Source: an uncultured bacterium (GTDB taxonomy: Bacteria > Krumholzibacteriota > Krumholzibacteriia > WVZY01). From it: a DNA stretch of 64,000 nt. The stretch lies in NCBI GenBank assembly GCA_964654695.1, contig CAZZKJ010000004.1, forward strand, positions 30,043-94,042, given 5' to 3'. Under the pieces are notes generated by a model that saw nothing but the letters and a program-made list of their open reading frames with translations, did no database searches and had not been told where the DNA came from. Position 1 is the stretch's first letter. Every line of letters begins with the position of its first letter. The position numbers and the translations under genes were made by a program. Shown here piece after piece: positions 55,929 to 64,000 of this stretch.

Positions 55929-57662
55929 CTACATTTTCCGGCTCCGCTCAAGTGTGTTCTTCAGTTTCGACACAACGCGTTTCTCCTCTTTTTCCGAAAA
56001 TGACAGGATCTCACGCAGGGCTATACCGATGTGAGGTATATATTGCTCTATATAAGAAGTTTTCTTTGCTTCCTCGCGGGCTTTTATACCTTTCCTGATG
56101 AATCTTCCAAGCTTTCTTCCACATTCCTGCAGAGCCAGCTTGATTTCCTTTATGATTTCCGGGTAATGGGCTAAAGCTTCCTTGCTTTCCGAGGTGAACG
56201 GCACCCAAACCGAAGCAATATGCACGATGATAACCATGGGCGCGCACGGGAGCGCCCCTCTGGATTGCTGGATATTATAACCTTTCCAGGCGATACCGAT
56301 GACCGATTGGGTAATTGCGCATGCCGACTGCTGGTAGATCAGGGGAGTCCGGTTTGCAAATCTATTGAGCTTTATCGTTTCATCATCATCATGACCGGCA
56401 CTACCGTACGCTATGGCGGCTTCTATCTGAAAGGGATTGCCGCGGTAAACCGCGGGCGGCCTCGTTGCGGCGGCAAAAAACTTTGCATCTGTTTCGCGGC
56501 TCAGGCTCTTGATAAGAAGGTCTTCTCCTATGGAGGACAGGCAGTTTGTAGGCGGCTTCATAAGCCTGGCGCCGGAGAACGCATTCAAAAGAGCTTCGGC
56601 TTTTTCCCGGGACAGTCTCTTGGGTGAGGTGGAAGATGACAACCCTGCCCGGTCGATAATTTCCTGCGAGCTTTTAGCACTAACCCGGGAAAACTCCGAG
56701 GTGAGAAATCCACTTAAATTGCGGGACTTGGTCGTTTTCAACATGTCAATAAGCACGCCCAGTTCCACGCCGTGCGGGTGCGGTTTTATCGTTAAAGGTT
56801 CTTCGGGCAGCTTGTCGCTCAGGCGCTCGTAAACAACCTCTCCATCCTTCGGTCCCCTGTAGACCATGTGTACATGCGGGTTGGCGATGGCCACCTGCCG
56901 GATATATGCATCAACCGAACGCTGTCCGCGCTTATATGACGCCAGCATTTCCATCTCGATCCTGGTTCCATGTTCTTTTTCCCAGGACACTTCTTTTTCC
57001 GATAGAATAACAGGCGTATTGCTTTTGGTGTTGATCTGGAGTTCATATGTCCGTGCGGGTCTTCCGGCTCCGGTCTTCGAGACTATTCTCACCGGTTTCC
57101 CGGTTGTAAGCTGGGAGTACATCACCGCAGCGGAAATACCTATACCCTGCTGTCCTCTAGACTGCTTCAGAGAATGAAATTTCGAACCATAAAGAAGCTT
57201 GCCGAAAATTTTCGGCACCTGGGCTTTTACGATTCCGGGCCCTGAGTCTTCGACTATGCAGCAAAACCTGTTTTCTTCCAGTTCCTTTATCTCCACAAGG
57301 ATGTCGGGAAGGATGTGCGCTTCTTCGCAGGCATCGAGGGAATTATCAACCGCTTCCTTGACGGCGGTCAGCAAGGCTTTTGGAAGACTGTCAAAACCAA
57401 GCAGGTGCCGGTTCTTGGCAAAAAACTCGCTTATGGAAATTTCTCTTTGCTTAAGAGCAATCGCCTGTGCCGTTCTGTGGGTATCTTGTGAAACAGCTGG
57501 TTTTTTGTTTTTCTTTGCCTGACCGGAATCATTTTCAGAATTAAAAAGAGGCAGATCATCAACTCTTCTTTTCGGTTTTCCGCTCTTTTTTACAAGCTTC
57601 TTGCCGGCTTTGACCACTACATTCTCCAAACTAAGCTGTGAAGCTGCCATGGAATAACCCAC
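55929..57662 (-). CDS. top6B: DNA topoisomerase VI subunit B (GHKL/Bergerat ATPase plus transducer). GTG start.
   Basis: Bergerat-fold N-box EAVDNSLDA, G1/G2 boxes (DSGPGI, GQQGIGISAA); B-then-A order as in archaeal top6BA operons. Confidence 0.8.
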   Translation of the reverse strand: MGYSMAASQLSLENVVVKAGKKLVKKSGKPKRRVDDLPLFNSENDSGQAKKNKKPAVSQDTHRTAQAIALKQREISISEFFAKNRHLLGFDSLPKALLTAVKEAVDNSLDACEEAHILPDILVEIKELEENRFCCIVEDSGPGIVKAQVPKIFGKLLYGSKFHSLKQSRGQQGIGISAAVMYSQLTTGKPVRIVSKTGAGRPARTYELQINTKSNTPVILSEKEVSWEKEHGTRIEMEMLASYKRGQRSVDAYIRQVAIANPHVHMVYRGPKDGEVVYERLSDKLPEEPLTIKPHPHGVELGVLIDMLKTTKSRNLSGFLTSEFSRVSAKSSQEIIDRAGLSSSTSPKRLSREKAEALLNAFSGARLMKPPTNCLSSIGEDLLIKSLSRETDAKFFAAATRPPAVYRGNPFQIEAAIAYGSAGHDDDETIKLNRFANRTPLIYQQSACAITQSVIGIAWKGYNIQQSRGALPCAPMVIIVHIASVWVPFTSESKEALAHYPEIIKEIKLALQECGRKLGRFIRKGIKAREEAKKTSYIEQYIPHIGIALREILSFSEKEEKRVVSKLKNTLERSRKM

Positions 57663-57692
57663 TGATAATCGAGGATAAATCAGGGCAACCTA

Positions 57693-57720
57693 ATCATAAA
57701 CATTGTTCATTGACAAGCAA
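57693..57720 (-). promoter_or_regulatory. Putative sigma70-type promoter for top6B-top6A (TTGCTT-16 nt-TATGAT)
   Basis: Read on the minus strand about 30 nt upstream of the top6B start; by eye only. Confidence 0.25.
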
Positions 57721-57773
57721 AATTATAGAGAATTTCAATAATGCGGAAGTAAACTGCCGCCCGGCAAACACTC

Positions 57774-57803
57774 AAAAAAAAGGGCGCCTAAGGCGCCCTT
57801 TGC
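57774..57803 (-). terminator. Strong intrinsic terminator hairpin (GGGCGCC-UAA-GGCGCCC) flanked by A8 / U-run; potentially bidirectional
   Basis: Perfect 7-bp GC stem. On the minus strand it is followed by UUUUUUUU, downstream of the TSP3 lipoprotein gene and upstream of top6B. Confidence 0.6.
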
Positions 57804-57969
57804 AAAGGGTAAAAACTTGGGGAGGTCAGAACTGCTTTAGGTTCCGAATAAGGAGAGCTTTTAGCCCGGCTGCATCCAATAAAACCCTCCAAACACACCC
57901 CCCCAAAACTGTTCACCCGTGATGCCGCTTAAGTTTTTACCCTCACTGCCAAACAAGCATTTCAATAAT

Positions 57970-58527
57970 TTAATTAACGTCCAGTGAATCTTCTGGAGAA
58001 GAATGTTCGTCTTCGTTCTCTACCTCGATTTCTACCGCATTGACGGTATCGGTCACTACAACAAATCCATGAACTTCGACCCGCATACCTACCAATAAAT
58101 CGCTAAAATCAAGATGAATATCTTCTTCTCTTTCTATCTTCGTGGAATCATTTACAAGTACCGTGGTGCCGAAAACAACCAGGCTTGACGACGATTTGCT
58201 TTCGATGAATCCCTCGAGCTCCATAAAATTATCATCATGATCGTCGATAATATCGTCCCCGTCCAAGTCTTCTTCATCGTCATCCAAAATTCCGTCGTTA
58301 TCGTCATCAGAATCCAGGTCATCAGGGATTCCATCGTTATCATCATCGGTATCTATAATATCAATAATGCCGTCGCCGTCGGTGTCTCTTTGCGATGCCA
58401 TGATTTTATAACCAGCCTGGCCGCCTTGTGACGAACCCGTTATCGAATCGGTTCCGCATGAAGCAAGCAGGATGCTGGCTATAAAGGCCGCGAGGATTGT
58501 AAAAAACAACATTGCTTTGGTTTTCAT
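57970..58527 (-). CDS. Acidic lipoprotein with thrombospondin-type-3-like Ca2+-binding repeats
   Basis: Lipobox LLASC; repeated DxDxDGxxDxxD units (DTDGDGIIDIIDTDDDNDGIPDDLDSDDDNDGILDD). Confidence 0.6.
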   Translation of the reverse strand: MKTKAMLFFTILAAFIASILLASCGTDSITGSSQGGQAGYKIMASQRDTDGDGIIDIIDTDDDNDGIPDDLDSDDDNDGILDDDEEDLDGDDIIDDHDDNFMELEGFIESKSSSSLVVFGTTVLVNDSTKIEREEDIHLDFSDLLVGMRVEVHGFVVVTDTVNAVEIEVENEDEHSSPEDSLDVN

Positions 58528-58818
58528 ATCAAATCTCCCTAAGTAGAATTAAGCCGGATGACCTCGTCTATGGCAATAAAGAGACCAGAAAAGACCACCT
58601 TGCATAACTCTTTATTATTAAGCATAATAACCAGATTCATTGCATTATGGGTTCCCGATTACCCTCAATTATCCGCCGAGATTAAATCCCGGGAGACGCC
58701 ATCAACTTTGTAACTTATTATAATAAAATATTATACACGGTGGCGAAAATTCGCCTCCCGATTGGCAGGTTTTCGCCGGTCCCGGAGGATCAGCTGGTTT
58801 TCCGAGTGCCGGGGGGGG

Positions 58819-59967
58819 TCAAAAAACGAATTTGGCGCCCGCCCCAACTGATGAAATCTCATAATCATGATCGGGGTCATTGGTGTTGTTGTTCTCGTAG
58901 CGGTAATACAGAACCAGCGAAGCCCGTGCGGCGGCTTTTAATTGAAGGGAAATCTGGGCAATGGAAGTACTATCGAGTCTCTGCGGTTTGCCGGGCCGCT
59001 CGGACACTTTTTCGGCGCTGTAGCGCTTCTGAAATAAACCGAAAGTATCGACAAATACGCGGCCGCTCAGTTTGGATACAAAAGAAAGTATCAGGAGATG
59101 CTTGCGGTAATTATAATCAGTATCATCCAGAAAGCGGAGGCTCTGCAGTATTCCATCGGTGATTTCTTCTCCGCTTTCGTGCTGTTCTTCAAGGTCTCCT
59201 CCCGGTTCGAAGATTATATCCATAGTATCTCGCTGATATAAATATTTACCCATGAGTACAAAGTTGCTTCGCATGAAATAACGGACGGATATGTCGGCCC
59301 AAGTCCTCCAGCCGCCAACATGGCGGGGGAAAACAAACTCGACACTCTGATAATCCCTTTCGGCGAGCAGCCCTATATGCAGCCTTGTAGTGGGATCTAC
59401 AAGAGCGGCAATTGCGGCACCGTTGGCCCTGGCATTGAACAGGTTGCGTCTTGGCTTGTTCCGGAAAAGGTTCCGGTAGTGCAATTCAAGTTTAATTTTG
59501 GAAGTTATACCGCGCTTGATTTTCAATCGAAAAGAATTGTAAATCTGGTCTCTTCCCTCGCGGTTGGGATAAAAAGTGTAACGGTACTTGTCGCCGGCGC
59601 TCAAAACGAAACTTTTTCCTATTTTTTTCTTTGCATCAGACGTAAGGAACAGTTCGCCGCGGGCCCACCTTTGAGAATCCCTGAATTTTATATAATAGGG
59701 CTTGGCGTTGAAATGCGCCTGGAATGATCCCGGGGCCGATGCTTCGATCCCCAGCCCGCCGTAAAAAAGCATTTTCGTGTCGCCTTCGACTCTCTCTCCC
59801 TGCACGGAATTGTCGGAGGAGTTCCGCCCGACGTTGGAATCATAAGCTCCAAGAAGGCTTATGTATTTGTCCGTCAGATCAAAACCCGCCCCTGCCGGCT
59901 CTACAGCCGACACCGCAGCAAACACGCAGCAAATTATTTTCATTAGCCGTTTCAATCGTCTATTCAT
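58819..59967 (-). CDS. Putative outer-membrane beta-barrel protein (hypothetical)
   Basis: Signal peptide; alternating-hydrophobic beta-strand pattern; C-terminal aromatic (…GAKFVF). Confidence 0.4.
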   Translation of the reverse strand: MNRRLKRLMKIICCVFAAVSAVEPAGAGFDLTDKYISLLGAYDSNVGRNSSDNSVQGERVEGDTKMLFYGGLGIEASAPGSFQAHFNAKPYYIKFRDSQRWARGELFLTSDAKKKIGKSFVLSAGDKYRYTFYPNREGRDQIYNSFRLKIKRGITSKIKLELHYRNLFRNKPRRNLFNARANGAAIAALVDPTTRLHIGLLAERDYQSVEFVFPRHVGGWRTWADISVRYFMRSNFVLMGKYLYQRDTMDIIFEPGGDLEEQHESGEEITDGILQSLRFLDDTDYNYRKHLLILSFVSKLSGRVFVDTFGLFQKRYSAEKVSERPGKPQRLDSTSIAQISLQLKAAARASLVLYYRYENNNTNDPDHDYEISSVGAGAKFVF

Positions 59968-60862
59968 TTAACGTCTCCCCATTATTGCGGTGTTCCATAA
60001 AGAAAACATATTTCCTGTAATAAGCAATCGCTTCCTCCGCTTTTTTCAGACCATCTTCAATACCTGATGCGTCCTTTTTGAGAACATTTATCTCAAATGC
60101 CAGTTCCTCCTTGTCAAAATCGCCAAAGAAAGAACCACCCTGTACACCCGCTTCTTCGGCTTCGTCCAGTAGTGAAAGCAAATCACTCTTTTGTTTGATG
60201 ATCCCTTTCATTTCATCGAGGTTCTCCGCAAGGGCTGCGCTGTCCCTGGATGCCTTATCCATCATGTCCAGCACCATGTCCTTGAAAAGAAAGCCGTCCT
60301 CCTCCGAGTTCATGTAATCGGCCAGCATGGTTTCGGAAAATACCGGATATTCCATTTCCCGTCTTTTTCGGTCGATTTGTTTTAGTTTGCTTTCCAATTG
60401 CCCCAGGTCTTCCATTGCGGACCGCGCCTTATCGAAGCTGCCTTCCTTGAGGAGAACAAACAGATTTTGCCACCCTTTTTTGAGCATCAGGCGTAAACAT
60501 ATTTGCATTCGGTTTTTCTGAACTGAGGCGCCAGTTTCAACGGCGGCTTTTTCCCGGTGTAGATTATTCATATCGTCCGATAAAGCGCGGAATTTTCTTA
60601 GAAGATTCTCCAACCTGAAGCGCTTGATCGGGTTGGACCTGTTGTTAATGTTTGCCCTATCCTTTTCAATTTTTAGAGCCAGATCATTCAAAGCAGTTGA
60701 TTTCGTCTCCAGATCCACTTCCATTTTTTCAAGAGTGGAGTAGGTAATTTTCATTTCATTTTGCAGGGAATCAATTTCAGCAACAGAACAGGCGGAAAGG
60801 GCTCCTGGAACAAGAACCGGCGCAAGAATGAAAAGTGCTGATAGAAAACTTCTAGTCATCAT
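59960..60862 (-). CDS. Coiled-coil (lipo)protein, hypothetical
   Basis: Signal peptide with LSAC lipobox-like motif; long heptad-repeat helical region. Confidence 0.4.
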   Translation of the reverse strand: MMTRSFLSALFILAPVLVPGALSACSVAEIDSLQNEMKITYSTLEKMEVDLETKSTALNDLALKIEKDRANINNRSNPIKRFRLENLLRKFRALSDDMNNLHREKAAVETGASVQKNRMQICLRLMLKKGWQNLFVLLKEGSFDKARSAMEDLGQLESKLKQIDRKRREMEYPVFSETMLADYMNSEEDGFLFKDMVLDMMDKASRDSAALAENLDEMKGIIKQKSDLLSLLDEAEEAGVQGGSFFGDFDKEELAFEINVLKKDASGIEDGLKKAEEAIAYYRKYVFFMEHRNNGETLNE

Positions 60863-62222
60863 GTAGGGAATATTTCTGAATTTTGTAACGCAAGGTGCTT
60901 CTGCTCATCCCCAGCATATCCGCGGCTTTAGAAGCGTTGTTCCCGCAGGCCGTCATGGCTTCGGCAACAAGCCTTTTTTCATATTCGTCGACTTTGCTGG
61001 ATAAATCCGCATTTTTCGATCTCGGCCCTTCCTGCGTTTTATTATAAAAAGGTAGGGCGGTTTCATCTATCCATTCGTTTTCGCTTAATACCACTCCACG
61101 TTCCACTATATTTTCGAGTTCTCTAATGTTTCCAGGCCAGTCATACTGGATGAGGGCCGTCCTTGCCGCTTCAGTGAATCCGTGAATTTTCTTATGATTC
61201 TGGTCTGCATAGCGCTTGATAAAAGATTCGAGAAGAATCGAAATGTCCCCTTTTCTCTCGCGCAGGGGCGGGAGATTTATGGGAACGACATTCAAGCGGT
61301 AGAACAGATCCTCCCGAAACTTTCCCTCTCCTACCAGGCCATCCAGATTCTTGTTGGACGCTGCCACGACCCTTACATCGATATGTACCACATCCACACC
61401 TCCCACCCTCTCGAATTCGCGCTCCTGAAGCACTCTCAATAGCTTTGCCTGAGAGGATACCGTCAGCTCAGCTATCTCATCGAGGAATATCGTCCCTCCA
61501 TCGGACAGCTCGAAGCGTCCCAGTTTTCTGGCGTGGGCTCCCGTGAAAGCGCCCTTTTCATGACCGAACAATTCGCTTTCTAAAAGTGTTTCCGCAAACG
61601 CCGCGCAGTTCACCCTTATAAAAGGCTTATTGCGCCTTGGGCTCATATAGTGTATGGCGCGGGCAATAAGTTCCTTGCCTGTTCCCGTTTCTCCCAGAAT
61701 CAAGACCGCCGCCGTGCTGTTCGCAAGCTGGTCCATGCTTTTCTTAATCGATATCATTTGCGGCGATTCGCCGATGATACCGTCGGGATCGTAATAACCT
61801 CTGACTTCTTTTCGCAGAATCTCCGCTTCATCGCTCAATATTTTTAATTCCTGGCGCAAAGAGTGCTGCTCTACTGCCTTTTTGACTTTAACTACTATCT
61901 CATCGGCCGGAAACGGTTTGGTCAAGAAATCAAAAGCCCCCAGCTTCATGGCTTCAACAGCAATATCCACAGTGCCATATGCCGTGATTACAATAACCGG
62001 AGTAGAAATCTTCATCTCTCCCATTTTTTTCAACATATCCAGTCCGGAGATATCGGGAAGCCGAAGGTCGGTTAACAATACGGCAAAATTCTCCCTCGCC
62101 AGCATTTTGAGCGCGGCTTCTCCGGATTCACTCGGGGTTACCGAATACGATTCCCGGACCAGAGTTTCGGTCATGCCTTCCAGCAGACTCTTGTTGTCAT
62201 CCACGATCAGAATTTTGTGCAT
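60852..62222 (-). CDS. Sigma-54-dependent response regulator (NtrC family: receiver + AAA+ sigma-54 interaction + Fis-type HTH)
   Basis: ILIVDD receiver, GETGTGKE Walker A, GAFTGA sigma-54 contact motif, C-terminal HTH. Confidence 0.85.
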   Translation of the reverse strand: MHKILIVDDNKSLLEGMTETLVRESYSVTPSESGEAALKMLARENFAVLLTDLRLPDISGLDMLKKMGEMKISTPVIVITAYGTVDIAVEAMKLGAFDFLTKPFPADEIVVKVKKAVEQHSLRQELKILSDEAEILRKEVRGYYDPDGIIGESPQMISIKKSMDQLANSTAAVLILGETGTGKELIARAIHYMSPRRNKPFIRVNCAAFAETLLESELFGHEKGAFTGAHARKLGRFELSDGGTIFLDEIAELTVSSQAKLLRVLQEREFERVGGVDVVHIDVRVVAASNKNLDGLVGEGKFREDLFYRLNVVPINLPPLRERKGDISILLESFIKRYADQNHKKIHGFTEAARTALIQYDWPGNIRELENIVERGVVLSENEWIDETALPFYNKTQEGPRSKNADLSSKVDEYEKRLVAEAMTACGNNASKAADMLGMSRSTLRYKIQKYSLHDD

Positions 62223-62252
62223 AGCGCTTTACCCCTGCATCAAAATCAGTTT

Positions 62253-64000
62253 TTAAAGCTGTTCCGCCGCGATCGGCAAACGCACTGAAATCGTAGTACC
62301 GCCGTTCACCGATGAAACCACTTCGATACGGCCCCCGTGATTATCCACAATCCTCTGGGCCAGAGGCATGCCCAACCCCGTACCCTGGACTTTTGTTGTA
62401 AAAAACGGAGTGAACATTTTGGCGATCGTCTCCGAATCCATCCCGATTCCGCTGTCCTTAACATCAACTATGACCTCTTCCGGCAAAATCGCGCTGTCGA
62501 TAATTTTTCCCGTTTGTACGCCGCCTCCCGGCGAATTCCGGACGCGCATGCCGATTTCGAGTGCTCCTCCCGATGACATGGCTTCGCACGCATTTATAAA
62601 CAAGTTCAAGAACAGCTGCATCAGTTGGTTTCTATCAGCTGCAACTTTTAATCGATCATATTGGCCGAGTTTTTCCTTTATAACAATATTATCCAGGTAA
62701 TCTTCTTTTCTTGCAAACAGAATGGCATCTCTGATCAGATCTACCAGCTTGAATTCCGCACGGTTGGTTTTTGACGGAGCAGAGTACTGCAGGAATTCGT
62801 CGATTATCGAATTCAATCTGGATATTTCAGAAGAGATCTTTGCCAGAAATTCCTGCCGTTTATCCGGGCTGATGTTCCTGCGAGCCAGCAGGTCTATGTA
62901 GATTTTCATACTGCCGAGTGGATTACGAACTTCGTGGGCTACGTGTGCGGCCAATTCGCCGATTGCTGCGAGCGTTTCCTTTCGCTTGATTTCATCCTGC
63001 AGGCGCTCCAGCTCCGTATGGTCCGTTAATACTATGTTCGCTGCTATCGCACCTTCGTTTACGGCTTCGGAAGCGGAACAGGATACTCCCAGATAAAAAT
63101 GCCGTCCTGAAGGATTAACGTATTCCATGGGGCTTTCTCTTATTACTTTTTTTTCGACCAGACTGCCCGTCAAAATATCTCGAAAAGCCTCTAAAGCCGT
63201 CGCCCGATCAAAAGGCTGATTCTCGATCTCTTTTGGTTCGATATCGAAAATCCTGCAGGCTTCAGCATTGCATACCGCTACCTTGCCTTCCGTATCTATA
63301 GATACGATCCCGGTCGCAATGCTTCCAAGAATTGTCTCTGCATACAGGCGAACTTCCTCTGCGGCTCTTGCTTCTTTTTTATAAAGATTCCTGAGCTTTT
63401 CTTCGTTGCTCTGAATGCTTTCCGCCATCTCGTTGAAAGCGGACATGAGAAATCCGAGCTCATCGCGCCTTGGTTTCTCATCGGCCCTGCTGTACTTGCC
63501 TTCCTTGATATCGCGTGTCGCGGCCGCCAATCTCATGAGTGGAGTGGCAACAAACCTCGACAGAAAGAAGGCCAGGACCAGAACGGCTACGAAACTTATA
63601 GCGGTAACTACAAAGATTAGATTTCTAAAAGTCTCCAATTCGCCGAGAAATGCTGCGCTGGCTTCCGCAACCAAAACACTGACTACTTTACCCTCGGAAG
63701 TCTGAACCGGCGCATATCCCGATTTGTAAAGCCTGCCGTCGGCGCCTCTGTACACCGGCGAAGCAGTAGCAACTTTCGACAGCGCTTGTTCCATTTCCAC
63801 CCCTGCCGCTTTTAAAATATATACAGGATCTCCGATGACAAGTTCACCCCCCGCGTCCGCGATAGTCTTCCTGCCGGCATCAACGAGTATCACTTTGTTC
63901 AGATTAAAGGCATTTTTTGCTCTGGAGAGCCTGGCTTGAACATTCCTGAACGTTCTCGTCTTTTCATCTCCCGGCTCCAGCCTTATAATGTAATCACCCT
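62253..64000 (-). CDS. Sensor histidine kinase, partial: periplasmic sensor tail, TM, HAMP, PAS-like, HisKA, HATPase_c. The reading frame stays open to the window edge, so the N-terminus lies outside the window.
   Basis: H-box HEVRNPLGSMK, G-boxes DSGIGM / GTGLGM. Minus-frame translation upstream of the annotated GTG (63893) continues without a stop to position 64000. Confidence 0.75.
   Translation of the reverse strand, partial: GDYIIRLEPGDEKTRTFRNVQARLSRAKNAFNLNKVILVDAGRKTIADAGGELVIGDPVYILKAAGVEMEQALSKVATASPVYRGADGRLYKSGYAPVQTSEGKVVSVLVAEASAAFLGELETFRNLIFVVTAISFVAVLVLAFFLSRFVATPLMRLAAATRDIKEGKYSRADEKPRRDELGFLMSAFNEMAESIQSNEEKLRNLYKKEARAAEEVRLYAETILGSIATGIVSIDTEGKVAVCNAEACRIFDIEPKEIENQPFDRATALEAFRDILTGSLVEKKVIRESPMEYVNPSGRHFYLGVSCSASEAVNEGAIAANIVLTDHTELERLQDEIKRKETLAAIGELAAHVAHEVRNPLGSMKIYIDLLARRNISPDKRQEFLAKISSEISRLNSIIDEFLQYSAPSKTNRAEFKLVDLIRDAILFARKEDYLDNIVIKEKLGQYDRLKVAADRNQLMQLFLNLFINACEAMSSGGALEIGMRVRNSPGGGVQTGKIIDSAILPEEVIVDVKDSGIGMDSETIAKMFTPFFTTKVQGTGLGMPLAQRIVDNHGGRIEVVSSVNGGTTISVRLPIAAEQL

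Noticed and set aside
1-64000. tRNA / rRNA genes, CRISPR arrays, transposases or integrases
   Set aside because: No intergenic region is long enough and tRNA-like (no T-loop GTTCGAAT-type motifs outside coding regions). No direct-repeat/spacer periodicity was seen. No ORF resembles a transposase or recombinase.

Overview
This 64-kb window is a gene-dense bacterial chromosomal segment. It is probably from a diderm bacterium, because it encodes a secretin, a DsbD homologue and outer-membrane-type proteins. The ordinary content is listed first:

- nuoA plus a partial nuoB at the left edge
- a 10-kb type II secretion / type IV pilus-like operon: gspE, gspF, four minor pseudopilins, a fused PilM-PilN (GspL-like) protein, PilO/GspM-like and PilP/GspC-like proteins, the secretin, an embedded CheY-like receiver and the major pseudopilin
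- a 2-oxoacid:ferredoxin oxidoreductase operon (gamma and alpha subunits, with the beta subunit 6 kb away) split by an insertion carrying arsM, an APC-permease-Usp fusion and a membrane-anchored sulfatase-family protein
- redox genes (dsbD, a TlpA-like thioredoxin), peptidases of families M28 and M1, a CDF transporter, a two-subunit class I fumarate hydratase, queG, a Lon-related AAA+ protease, a cbiMNQO ECF cobalt/nickel transporter, topoisomerase VI B and A subunits, and several two-component genes.

The observations most worth a second look:

1. Two genes are split by the ORF track at in-frame TGA codons that sit exactly at conserved cysteine positions. One is an AhpD/peroxidase-related protein (C-x-x-U motif) with an fdhF-like SECIS hairpin placing G23/U24 in the loop; this family is a known bacterial selenoprotein family. 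The other is a DUF1573 protein in which TGA replaces the first Cys of the hallmark 'SCGCT' motif. That gene sits directly upstream of a TlpA-like thioredoxin and is a candidate new selenoprotein.
2. A complete archaeal-type topoisomerase VI (top6B-top6A) in a secretin-bearing bacterium.
3. The por operon interrupted by an arsM-bearing insertion, with no delta (ferredoxin) subunit visible.
4. A non-canonical T2SS gene order with an internal receiver domain.
5. A radical-SAM / DUF2064 / rhomboid operon next to two PMT/ArnT-like GT-C glycosyltransferases.

No tRNA, rRNA, CRISPR array or transposase was recognised. All calls rest on motif and family recognition by eye from the sequence and the six-frame ORF track; no database search was run.
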